Shown here one piece after another: positions 1 to 11,349 of a DNA stretch of 32,773 nucleotides (its first letter is position 1; each line of letters begins with the position of its first letter). A model generated the notes under the pieces. The model was not told the origin of the DNA, ran no database searches, and worked only from the letters and a program-made list of their open reading frames with translations. A program made the translations under genes and the position numbers. The stretch is taken from contig NC_068990.1 of the NCBI RefSeq assembly GCF_001194135.2, forward strand, positions 90,145,179 to 90,177,951, written 5' to 3'. Source of the DNA: Octopus bimaculoides. Lineage: Eukaryota.

Positions 1-61
<61 letters not shown>

Positions 62-68
62 TATATAT
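1..68. repeat. (AT)n/(AC)n microsatellite
   Basis: Directly visible dinucleotide runs. Confidence 0.97.
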
Positions 69-844
69 ACGTGTATATGAATGTGTTGATATACACCTAC
101 ATCTACCTCACTATCTATCTATCTGTGTGCATTTTCGCGCGCGACGGCTGCATGTGTGTATATAAACATACATAGATTCCTACATGAGCGAATACAAAGA
201 CACAGATACACACGCTGACATATACACGTATACGTGTTTGTGTGTATAGATAGATCGATAGATAAACATTTTATCGATAGATAGATAGATATACTAACTT
301 ATAACTATAGAGTTTTGCAGGAGTTTGCAGGTCTATAAATCAGTAACCATGATTTTATTGCCCTTCGAAACTAATGAGATGTATAAAATATCTGTATTCG
401 TATTGATGAACGGAGAAGAAGTAATCTGTGCCTTCCTTCCTTCATTCCACCCATCCTTACATCTAACCTGCCATCTCTCCTTACATTTTCCCTTTCAATC
501 ATCTTTCAATCATTCCTTCCAACCATCCATCTTTCCTCTCTTTTTTCCTTCCTTCCTTTTTTGCTAGTTTCCTTTCTGTTTCCCTCCTTCCTTCTAAGCA
601 ATAGTAATCAACCAGCATATAGTTTCATATTCCATTAGTTTCCTGCAGACGAGGGAAGATATTTACATACCTGTAATTTAATGTAGCAATAAATTTTCAA
701 ATTTAACCATACATTTTGACGTATTGAGTACTACTTATTTAATCTGCCCATATTCTTGTTCCAGTGAGCAAGCACATCCTGATTAAATACATACACATAA
801 ATATTTACATACATATATATATATGCACATACATGCATACATAC

Positions 845-855
845 GTACACACACA

Positions 856-940
<85 letters not shown>
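845..940. repeat. (AC)n followed by (AT)n microsatellite
   Basis: Directly visible; it explains ORFs 764..1096 and 805..1104. Confidence 0.97.
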
Positions 941-941
<1 letters not shown>

Positions 942-1108
942 CATTTATATATACATATATATGTGTTTGTGTGTTTGTGTGTGTGTGTATATGTCCTAAT
1001 GCGTGTGTTAATATGCATACAAAACAAGCACCGTCAACAGCAAATATACTTTCATTAAAGATGCAACAGGTAAACAAATATAGAGCTACCAAATAGAAAC
1101 ACAACGTG

Positions 1109-1142
<34 letters not shown>

Positions 1143-1398
1143 ACTAGAAAACAAATTGCTTGATTTAATGGCGTATACATAGTAAGAAATTTTATACAAT
1201 ACCTTTCATGTCTGTCTGTCTGTCTCTCTGTCTCTCTCTCTCTCTTACACACACAAACATTCACACACATACACATACATGTATATATGTCTGTCTCAAT
1301 AGGTTTGCGTGATCCTATATTTATGCGTTTGTAAATGATTAATGATGCAAACATAGCCATAGAATCAAGCTGTACTTCTGTTGTTAGTTTGAGCCAAC

Positions 1399-1509
1399 AT
1401 GGCGGTTGTGAGCGTGAGATTTAGTTTAAGGTTGATGAATGTAATGTATTCTGGAGAATTATCTGCTGTCCCTCGTTTTTTTACACATCGTTCTATTGAT
1501 TTATGTAAT
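1399..1509 (+). CDS. Candidate first coding exon of an unidentified gene (MAVVSVRFSLRLMNVMYSGELSAVPRFFTHRSIDLCN)
   Basis: Start context gccaacATGGCG, 37 open codons, then donor AAT|GTAAGA at 1510. The Arg/Ser/Leu-rich peptide resembles a mitochondrial presequence. No homology recognised. Confidence 0.3.
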
Positions 1510-1590
1510 GTAAGATTAATCTATATTGCTTTAGTCTATAGTTGTTTAAATAGAGTGGTTATATATATTGAATGTGAGTAAAGAATTGTT

Positions 1591-1632
<42 letters not shown>

Positions 1633-2113
1633 TGCATGTATGTATATAAACAGACTGAGAGAGATGATCAGAGGGAGGGGAAAAATGGAATTTGGTATAT
1701 CTTTGCAAGTGAAGAAATAAACAAAAGTAGAAGAGACAATGTTGCACGAAGACAAAGAGTGAGAGAGAGGGAGAGAGAAGGAAAGGGAGAGAAAGAGAGA
1801 GAGAGGGAGAGAAAGGAGAGAAAGAGAGATGGAAAGAGAGAGAGAAAGCGTGAGAGAGATAAAGAGAGAAGGAGGAGGACGGGTGGGAAACAAGAGAGAA
1901 CGAATGATAGAAATGTCTCAGAGAATAACAGTAATTGTAGATGCTCTCTCTCTCACACACACACAAACAAATACACGCATAGTGTGTGTGTTTTCGTTTT
2001 TATGTTTTCGTTTCTCATTGTTTAAGGTTTTTTTGATGTCCTGTACCCATATATGCATGTATGTATACATATAGATGTAGGTATGTACCTATATGTATGG
2101 ATATATGCATATA

Positions 2114-2155
<42 letters not shown>

Positions 2156-2182
2156 GACATATAAAATTGGTGTTCGCTCTAA

Positions 2183-2843
2183 NNNNNNNNNNNNNNNNNN
2201 NNNNNNNNNNNNNNNNNNNNNNNNNNNNNNNNNNNNNNNNNNNNNNNNNNNNNNNNNNNNNNNNNNNNNNNNNNNNNNNNNNNNNNNNNNNNNNNNNNNN
2301 NNNNNNNNNNNNNNNNNNNNNNNNNNNNNNNNNNNNNNNNNNNNNNNNNNNNNNNNNNNNNNNNNNNNNNNNNNNNNNNNNNNNNNNNNNNNNNNNNNNN
2401 NNNNNNNNNNNNNNNNNNNNNNNNNNNNNNNNNNNNNNNNNNNNNNNNNNNNNNNNNNNNNNNNNNNNNNNNNNNNNNNNNNNNNNNNNNNNNNNNNNNN
2501 NNNNNNNNNNNNNNNNNNNNNNNNNNNNNNNNNNNNNNNNNNNNNNNNNNNNNNNNNNNNNNNNNNNNNNNNNNNNNNNNNNNNNNNNNNNNNNNNNNNN
2601 NNNNNNNNNNNNNNNNNNNNNNNNNNNNNNNNNNNNNNNNNNNNNNNNNNNNNNNNNNNNNNNNNNNNNNNNNNNNNNNNNNNNNNNNNNNNNNNNNNNN
2701 NNNNNNNNNNNNNNNNNNNNNNNNNNNNNNNNNNNNNNNNNNNNNNNNNNNNNNNNNNNNNNNNNNNNNNNNNNNNNNNNNNNNNNNNNNNNNNNNNNNN
2801 NNNNNNNNNNNNNNNNNNNNNNNNNNNNNNNNNNNNNNNNNNN
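2183..2843. other. Assembly gap (other gaps: 6623-6746, 15044-15053, 21315-21979, 25206-25215, 29456-29494, 31177-31498)
   Basis: Runs of N, mostly abutting microsatellites. Confidence 0.99.
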
Positions 2844-2884
<41 letters not shown>

Positions 2885-3709
2885 AACAGACGGATATATA
2901 TACATGGGTGTTCAAATTTTAAAAGTGGAGGGAGGCGGAGTTCGTGGGATATTATAGTAGTGTCCTCAATAGACAATTGGTGCCGCAGAAAAATTTTTTA
3001 TTGGTTAGGATGAAATACTGCAGGATAGTAGCGTTTACAAACACTTAAGTGTGTGATTTACTAATACACATACATTGATAATGTTTACATAATCGAGCTG
3101 CCTCAAATACAAAATTTGAAAATACATACATACACACACATATGCATACACACATGTACATATACACGCGTACAAATGTGTATGTGTATGTATATATGTA
3201 TGTGTCATATCTATTCGGTTTCAGGGAAATCTCGCATATGATGCTATCTCACTCTGACTATTCGAAACCCGATATTTTCGGTTAAATTTCCCGCATTATA
3301 CACGAGTTAATCCAATATATAACAAGGAGAGAATTTGCTTGCAAAACCATGCAGAATAAAAACAAACAATGCTAAAAGTACGTGTAAACCTAGCATCGGG
3401 GTCAACGGCTTTCTTACAAAAGTGCGCAGGGATATAAAAATAATCGAGTGTACAGTAAAACCACCAAGATCGATAGACGAGCTTGTGCTCTTTAGCTGTG
3501 GTGAAAGCAGAATTGTTTTGAAGAGAAGCAGTGCAAATAAAAACGTGGCAGGTCAAGCCAATATAATCTTTGATCTATAACCATTTGTAATGCCTAATTA
3601 TCGTCGTATTTCTTTAGCATTCAGTTATTTTGCACATAACCAAGTTAAGCAATTGCGATGCTGTTTAAACCCTATCGTTCATTTATGATTGAAGTATTGT
3701 TACTCGCAA

Positions 3710-3906
3710 GGGCGGCCAGTTGGCAGAATCGCTAGCAATCCGGGCGAAATGCTTAGTGGTATTTCGTCTGTCTTTACGTTCTGAGTTCAAACTCTGCCGA
3801 GCTCGACTTTGCCTTTCATCATTTCGGGGTCGATAAATTTAGTACCAGTTGCGTACTGGCCCCCTCCTCGCAAAATTTCGGGCCTTGCGCCTAGAGTAGA
3901 AAAGAA
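3710..3906 (+). mobile_element. tRNA-derived SINE, family A (Meta-domain-like body)
   Basis: A-box-like ggccagttggcagaatcg, B-box-like gagttcaaa and body gactttgcctttcatcatttcggggtcgataaa shared with other copies. Degenerate TSD tattgttactcg (3695-3706) / tattgttgcttg (3907-3918). Confidence 0.85.
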
Positions 3907-3943
3907 TATTGTTGCTTGATAAAATGGTCCAGATATTTACCTT

Positions 3944-4150
3944 TGTCTTTTATTTGTGTCGGTCGTTGAACTGCGGCCATACTAGAGCAGCGCCTTTAAA
4001 GGTTTTCAGTCGAACCAATCGACCCCATTAATTACTCCTTTATGTTTGGTACTTATTCTAACGTTTGTCTTTGCCAAACTATCAAGTTACGGGGACGTGG
4101 ACGATGCAACACCGGTTCTCAGGAAGTGTGTGTGGATCTAATGCAGACAT
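3944..4150 (-). mobile_element. Diverged 3' half of family B SINE
   Basis: actgcggccat...gtcgaaccaatcgacccc...aagttacggggacgt matches the copy at 8901-9110. Confidence 0.75.
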
Positions 4151-4231
4151 AAGCACACATTCAAAGACAAACACGCAGACAAACGCGCTCACACACACAA
4201 ACACACTCATACATATATACTTACATACATT

Positions 4232-4244
4232 GTCTATCTATCTT

Positions 4245-4307
<63 letters not shown>
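4232..4307. repeat. (TATC)n microsatellite
   Basis: Directly visible. Confidence 0.95.
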
Positions 4308-4308
<1 letters not shown>

Positions 4309-4637
4309 ATCTGTATACGAAAGCCTTCGACAGCGTAGATAGACAGACGGACGAATTGATAGATAGATAGATAGACAGACACAGACAAAGGTAGATTATG
4401 CAAATCCAGAAATTAACGCTAGTTAAATATGGGGGGAATAGAAAAAAAAATTATTAATATTTTCTGTACCTTTGCCTCATATATTTGAAGAGCGAAATAT
4501 GAAAGAAAATAATAGATCTTGACTAATAAACTAGATTAGGTACCATGTGTTGGCGCGATCACATGGCCAGGATACCAACATGTGACTAACTCTAGTAGAA
4601 TTCTTTGCCGTTAATTCATTAGCGGACAAGAATTTTG

Positions 4638-4746
<109 letters not shown>

Positions 4747-5223
4747 TATACTTACATACATACATAAATACATAAATACATACATACATACATCTTCATT
4801 TGCTTAATAATGGAAACTGTCTACTTCTAATGATGCATTTAAAGTAATGGATCTCTCTGCATCTAATGGATCCTCAATACGCACGCACGTTTTCAGAAAT
4901 ATATATATATATATATATAGACACGCATACATATATAGACTCATTGTTTATATATACATTCATATACACGTATATGCAAATATATTTGCATGTTTGTATG
5001 CAAGTATGTTCGTCAGCTACGCAAGAGTATGGTCGTGTGCATAATTAGCGCTCTTGAATTCGCTTTGTAAGCATGTAGATTAGGTTTCAATTCCTCTATG
5101 CGTACAAATGCAGAGGAAAGAGAAACCTGATGCCTGCCTCCTGTATATATATATATATATACATATAAATAGACAGATTGATAGATAAATAGATAGATAT
5201 AGATATATTTATACACACACAGA

Positions 5224-5303
5224 TATTCTTTTATTCTTTTATTCTTTTATTTGTTTCAGTCATTTGACTGCGGCCATGCTGGAGTACCGCCTTTAGTCGA
5301 GCA
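5224..5303 (-). mobile_element. Family B SINE 3' tail fragment
   Basis: ttgtttcagtcatttgactgcggccatgctggagtaccgcctttagtcgagca is nearly identical to the tails of the other B copies. Confidence 0.85.
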
Positions 5304-5374
5304 TATATATATATATATATACACACACACAGAGAAACGTATATAGAAAGAAAGGGACAAAGAGAGAAAGAGAC

Positions 5375-5486
<112 letters not shown>

Positions 5487-6259
5487 TGAAGGCCCTTGTA
5501 GGCTAATGGTTATGGTGATGAATTCACAACCATAATATCATGATTTCGATTCGTGGATCAGGTAGCACATTGAATGAATGCATAGAAGCAGAAGAATAAG
5601 GTTAAATATAACAGCACCGTAACCCATGTCCAATCCGAACGATTGAAGCTGTTACATTATTTATTGTAATATTTCCTTGATGTTTTAAAAACTACATCAA
5701 GATGTCTTTTCTTAGATCGCAAGAATAAGTTATATCTTTACAGGAAGAGATAGAAAGACAAATATTGAGAGTTAACTTGTACTTTCTATAAAATCGCCTT
5801 TAACTATCTTTAGTAGACTGTTGAGAAAGCTTTTGGAAATTGGTTCCATCACAGCAGGTGTTTGGTGTTTCTTCTCCGACTCTTAATGAAGTCGAGTGTA
5901 CCTCGCGGTCCAGTTAATGGGGTTTGTCTTCATCACCACAGAGTACACTTCACTGCACTCACCTTTTCTACTTCAATGAAATTTCAATCTATAAATCACA
6001 TGGCCATCGTTTGCCAGACGTGTGACTCTTCTACTTCCATAATTCGAGATATTAAACGTATGTTCGATTACATTACTCAAAATTAGCAAAATAGTGATAC
6101 CACACGCCTCAAAATAAAAATAATAATCTTATGTCTCTAATCTCTCTCAAATCAAATTCCGCCATTCTAAGAAAAGCAATAGCACAATGACTAGTTAGAT
6201 ACTCTTTGGTACAATAAAACTACAACGGAATGAGAGCGTATCGAAACCAAATCCCAAAA

Positions 6260-6301
<42 letters not shown>

Positions 6302-6415
6302 AAAATAATCTGAAAATGCAGGGGTCTTTTAAAAGTATTTATTAACTTAACTGATTTCACTTATTTAAAAAGAGTTTCAAATGTAAAGTGTGGGGTTTTT
6401 GTGTATCCTTTTCTT

Positions 6416-6504
6416 TTTTATCGTGCTACTACTTTCATTATGCTGCTGTGGATTGATATTTGCGGGGAAAGCTGTCGTCAGCGCATACAAAAATGGGAAT
6501 GTGA
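6416..6504 (+). repeat. Left arm of an 89-bp inverted repeat
   Basis: Ungapped manual alignment to the reverse complement of 8490-8578 gives 80/89 identities. Confidence 0.9.
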
Positions 6505-7044
6505 GTTCGTGTGTTGAAGCATATACTGTTGTGCCTGGAGAATAAAAGAAGTGAGTGTGTTAAATTATAAGGCACTAAACGAGAATGACTCTCCCCAGAC
6601 ACAACAGTATATATATATATATNNNNNNNNNNNNNNNNNNNNNNNNNNNNNNNNNNNNNNNNNNNNNNNNNNNNNNNNNNNNNNNNNNNNNNNNNNNNNN
6701 NNNNNNNNNNNNNNNNNNNNNNNNNNNNNNNNNNNNNNNNNNNNNNTATATATATGTATGTATGTATATATAAATATATATATATATATATGTATGTACG
6801 TATGTATGTGTGTGTGCGCGCGCGCGCGTGTGCGTGTGTGTGTTTTGTCTCTGTATACCTATAGGCATTCAGAGAACGATAGGAGAGAGATTCATCTGCA
6901 ATGGTTTACATGAAAAGATATTTGAACTTCTACGCTCCCCGTTGTGACGGAAAATGGAAACTGTCTCACTATTATACAAACGAGGCAGAGCAATTTAGTT
7001 CTACCCGTTTATGAATACGCAATGAGTGAACAGCTACTGCTTAC

Positions 7045-7127
7045 CGTTCTCTGTTATGAAAGAGAATGGCCGCACGATCATTGACGAGAATTCAATAAAA
7101 TTGAAACTATTCACATCGATCTTTTCT
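7045..7127 (-). CDS. Candidate internal exon (EKIDVNSFNFIEFSSMIVRPFSFITEN)
   Basis: Acceptor tgtttatctctttatgaccAG, donor ACG|GTAAGC, 83 nt with one open frame. No homology recognised. Confidence 0.2.
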
Positions 7128-7397
7128 CTGGTCATAAAGAGATAAACAGTATCTTGATACAATTTTTTTCTTTACTTTGGCAGCAATTCTAAATTGTGTG
7201 TGTTTACTAAAACACACACGAGTTAGGTTAATCCTACATTTCGAGTTGTATAAGAAAAAAACTCTGTGTGAGACAATATTTATCAATGTATACATACGCA
7301 CAGACAAATACATTCCCCAAAACTGACCCTCAACATACAAATATAGACGTACTCATATATCTATATATTTATACGCATGCATATATACGTATATATG

Positions 7398-7431
<34 letters not shown>

Positions 7432-7502
7432 TGTATGTATATATATATATATATGTATGTATGTAAATATATATATGTATGTACGTATGTATGTGCATAT
7501 AT

Positions 7503-7712
7503 TTGTGTGACTACGTTTGACCCCCCCAGCATCACTTGACAACCGATGCTGGTGTGTTTATGCCTCCGTAAACTAGCGGTTCGGCAAAAGAGACCGATAG
7601 AATAAGTACTAGGCCTACAAAGGATAAGACCTGGAGTATATTTGCTCGACTAAAGGTGGTGCTCCAGCATGGCCGCAATCAAATGACAGAGAGAAATAAA
7701 AGAATAAAGTAA
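7503..7712 (+). mobile_element. Family B SINE 3' half, preceded by an expanded (TATG)n/(TA)n tract
   Basis: cttgacaaccgatgctggtgtgttta...gaccgatagaataagtactagg...ctcgactaaaggtggtgctccagcatggccgc. Confidence 0.88.
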
Positions 7713-7752
7713 ATATATATATGAGCGCTAGCTATTAAAGCTCTATGAAAGA

Positions 7753-7786
<34 letters not shown>

Positions 7787-8293
7787 GCTTTCTGTTTTAT
7801 ATTTCACTTCCACTTTCACTTCCACTTTCTGTATACTTTGGTTGGATTTGTTGATGTATGTCTTTTATGCTTCAACATAAGTAACATTTAATGAGCTGGA
7901 AAATAGCAGAAATTATCTCCAATTATGGCAGCTATCTTTCATACGTCTTCTATCCACACGTGATAACTGATTTCCAGGGAAATCTAGTCTTGAGAAAGAA
8001 AGTATGTCGCTACTGATTACATATCCTTTTAAAGTCATCATATATCTCATTTTAAAAAGAAATATGAACAACACTGTGTGTGTTTATATACATACGTAAT
8101 ATGTATAGGTAGATGCCTAAAAGATGGGGTGAGAGCGTGTTTATGTGTCAGTATATATACATTTGTATGTATGTATGCATGTATATATTCATATATTTCC
8201 GTAGGTATATAAATAGTATATGCATAAACACACACAATACATGTTATATATCTTTTGCGTGTTTATACAAACATATAGATATACATATATATT

Positions 8294-8349
<56 letters not shown>

Positions 8350-8489
8350 TATATACATATTTGCATATATCTATATATATATATATACATACGCATATGG
8401 ATGTGGGTGTGATTATATATGTATATACGTGTCTTCATGGATATGTATGTATTTTTATGAACATTTTTATTTGCTGTTGATTGCAATAA

Positions 8490-8578
8490 TCACATTCTCA
8501 TTTTTGTATGCGCTGACGACAGCTTTTCCCCCAAATACCAATCCACAGCAGCAATATGAAAGTAGCAGCGCCATAAAA
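8490..8578 (-). repeat. Right arm of the 89-bp inverted repeat
   Basis: Reverse complement of 6416-6504 at 80/89 identity. Confidence 0.9.
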
Positions 8579-8900
8579 TAAAAACAGTTCCATACCGATT
8601 CCTGGCCACCATGCCAAAATTTGGTCTCCCGTTTGGCGTCAGCAAAATCTTAATTGATTCACATGACTCGCATGTGCACAAACGAAATGATGTCATTCCC
8701 GCTCAAGTCGATTACGTGGTAGTGAAGTTGATATTTGTTCACAGCCTACACTGAGTTCTAAGTCAACATTTTCTGTGGTGGTTTCGTAGAATTGTTATTG
8801 AAGTAGACAAAATGATTTGATTTTGTTCCAGATATAATATCCCTGACTACAACTTGTCCTTTCAAGTGCTACTTGTCGCCTCCATCAAATTTTCAGGTTG

Positions 8901-9303
8901 TTCTTTTATTCTTTTATTTGTTTCAGTTATTTGACTGTGGTCATGCTGGAGCACCGCTTTTAGTCGAACAAATCGACCCCAGGACTTATTCTTTGTAAAC
9001 CTAGCACATATTCTATCACGCTCTTTTGGTTAACCGCTAAGTTACGGGGACGTAAGCGCATCAACATCGGTTGTCAAGCTATGTTGAGGGACGAACACAG
9101 ACACGCAAACACAAACACACGCACCCACATACACACAGGATGGGCTTCTTTCAGTTTCCGTCTACCAAATACACTCACATGACTTTGGTCGGCCCGAGGC
9201 TATAGTAGAAGTCACTTGCGCAAGGTGCCACGCAGTGGGACTGAAGCCGGAACCATGTGGTTGGTAAGCAAGCTACTTACCACACAGCCACTCCTGCGTC
9301 TAT
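8901..9303 (-). mobile_element. Full-length family B SINE (tRNA head, CORE-like block, internal TG tract, 3' module); OR2-like
   Basis: The minus strand reads gcaggagtggctgtgtggtaagtagcttg...cagtcccactgcgtggcaccttgcgcaagtg, then a TG tract, then the tail. It is collinear with 29236-29613. The family name is from recalled octopus CORE-SINE literature. Confidence 0.88.
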
Positions 9304-9313
9304 AGTAAAAAGA

Positions 9314-9337
9314 ATCATCATCATCTTCATCATCATT

Positions 9338-9370
<33 letters not shown>

Positions 9371-9401
9371 GTCGTCGTCGTTGTCATCATCGTCATCATC
9401 G

Positions 9402-9445
<44 letters not shown>

Positions 9446-9449
9446 GTCA
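9314..9449. repeat. (CAT)n with internal (CGT)n microsatellite
   Basis: Directly visible; it produces the poly-Ile and poly-Met ORFs. Confidence 0.97.
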
Positions 9450-9469
9450 CTATTGTTTTACTTCTCAGA

Positions 9470-10267
9470 GCAATCGGTCTTGTTTCCCAGGTAGATTCTA
9501 TGAGAGCGGACAACAGCCGGCTCTCAGAGGCCTCACGGGGCCTCTTTTCGCACATTATAAGCTTTGATACTTGGTTATTAATTTCAGATTGGCGAAACTC
9601 TCTTTGACTTCGGCTTTACCATGAAAGTCGTTCTTCCCTTGCATCACAGCTTTCAGATTGACGACGAAGCTTCATCCTTTGTGTATGTGGAGTATTTCCA
9701 TAAGTGGACTTCCTTTTCCGTGGAATAACGGGTATCTGAAGAAAAATTAATACAAAGAAATTGTTGAAAAAGTAGAAGCATTCATTAATAATTTTTTTTG
9801 CCATAATTCTAGCGATGTTTTGTTATAGATAAAATATGTAGATTTGCAGAATTTGTCTATAAAAGAGAGGTAATTTTGTTGTTTTACGTTTAATTAATAG
9901 AAAAACCCGATGATAATAGAAGTTCAAATACTCAAGTTATGGATTTCCAAAATTTGCAATATATGGGGGTTTAGCCTCCATGATGGTGTCTTAATATTAT
10001 TGAAATTTGCTGATATTTTGGTAATAGGCATCATTTCTGTTCCTTTACCCATGGTTTAAATTTCAGAATCAATGGGAAAAAGTTTTCAGTGTTGAGGGCG
10101 TGCTCCCCAGAGACCCCTTTGATCAAAATGAAATATACTTATCCAAGCACCCTGGTTAATGTAGTTTTAGAATATGTATGGTTATGGGGGCGGGGTCTAT
10201 CTCCAAAACCCAAGGAGGAGTTCGATAACAAACAGACAGATAGAAGCTACGACTATATATGTATAGA
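9470..10267 (-). mobile_element. 5' fragment of a Helitron with a decayed Rep/helicase N-terminus
   Basis: The minus strand starts A|TCTATACATATATAG...ctgtctgtttgtt. A decayed ORF from 9726 reads IPRKRKSTYGNTPHTQRMKLRRQSESCDAREERLSW*SRSQREFRQSE, with caatctgaa repeated at exactly 69 nt (23 aa). No 3' hairpin or CTAG terminus was found. Confidence 0.65.
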
Positions 10268-11290
10268 TACATTGATTTGTAAATGTGAGTTGAGCTGAAA
10301 ATCAAGATGAGTCTCATATTAGTTTTTGTAAATTTAGAACATTTTTATTTCAGAAATTTGTTTTCAGAACTCGGTTGTAGATTGGCATTTGCGGATCTCC
10401 TGTAATTTCATTCGCTCCATTTCTACAGTATACAATTGTGCAGCCTGAAGATAGAGAACCGGACAACTATCAATGACAGGATGAACCATGAATAGATTTA
10501 CAGCAAAGCGAAGCAGAATTTCAGGTTCTGCAAGTCATCAAATCTGGTTAGAATAATACCATGCCATACTTGTAAATTATCTTTGTATTATAGCTTGTGG
10601 TCGTTTATTTCAATATCAGGGAATCCATTTACTCTCCTACTGAGATTAAGAAAGTGACTAGTTTCTTGATAATGCATCTCTTTGGAAAATCATTTTATTC
10701 TTGAAGCTGAAAACTGCTTGAGTCAGATCAGAAGCAATTTTGTCCTTTCCCCGGAGAGCAAAGTCGGGAGTTCATAGATCATACATTATTTCAGTAAGGA
10801 ACATCGGACCTTCCGTCCATTCATTATATTCCAGAGGAGAATAGACTCTTTTCTTTCAGAAAAATAGGTCCCCAAACGTATTCAAAGCATTAGCGGCTGA
10901 CTTCCAATTTACAATGCAGTAGGATGTTACCAAACCTTTCATTAGTCAAGCACTCCTTTAGTTACCATAATAATCATATTTTTACGCTGTTAACCACAAA
11001 CATGGCTTACACAAAATAAAGAAACAATAACATTAACGGCACTTTTGCTGTTGGTCATTTTTCACTAATTTCTTAATGCTTGATTTAGAATTTGTGATTA
11101 CCAATCATGAGGCTAGATTACATTCTGTTCCCGGATAAATTTACTTATCATTTGTATAAACTTGTAGATCTTGACCAGGCAATCATTTGTAATTCTATAG
11201 AATTACAAAACATACATTGCGGACCATCAAGACTGCCTTTGTCAGACGTAAAGCTATACTCATCATATCTGTTAATTCTATTTTCTCATC
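10268..11290 (-). pseudogene. Decayed, internally deleted hAT transposase (EPM2AIP1/GTF2IRD2/ZBED5-like)
   Basis: Frame-broken peptides in the expected order: RYDEYSFT..GPQCMFCN; FGNILLHC; MFLTEIMYDL..ALRGKDKIASDLTQAVFSFKNKM; HFLNLSRRVNGFPDIEINDHKL; LTRFDDLQNLK; STTEF*KQ; RLILIFSST. These match recalled motifs of this transposase family. Confidence 0.75.
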
Positions 11291-11349
11291 TTGATAGCTT
11301 TCATCGAACCTTAACAGTTTCTCACTAATAGCGATTTGAGACATAGCTG

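Noticed and set aside
2015-2976. Long 240-297 aa ORFs here, at 21214-22078 and at 31004-31540
   Set aside because: They are open only because they span N gaps.
5963-6170. Minus-strand exon ending in AAG|GTGAGT with an upstream ATGGCGG
   Set aside because: All acceptor and frame combinations I tried hit stop codons. It could only be a non-coding exon, for which there is no support.
6387-6543. Signal-peptide-like frame (..LFFFIVLLLSLCCCGLIFAG..)
   Set aside because: The upstream ATG is followed immediately by TAA, and the segment coincides with the inverted-repeat arm.
7045-7050. 6-nt micro-exon reading (ataacAG|agaacg|GTAAGC, minus strand)
   Set aside because: It cannot be distinguished from the longer 83-nt candidate or from chance without transcripts.
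8684-8758. C/D snoRNA-like layout (ATGATGT...CTGA)
   Set aside because: The C box is imperfect, the terminal stem is only 3 bp, and I recognised no rRNA or snRNA complementarity.
9257-9607. Poly-Ile and poly-Met ORFs
   Set aside because: They arise from the (CAT)n repeat flanked by a SINE head and a Helitron fragment.
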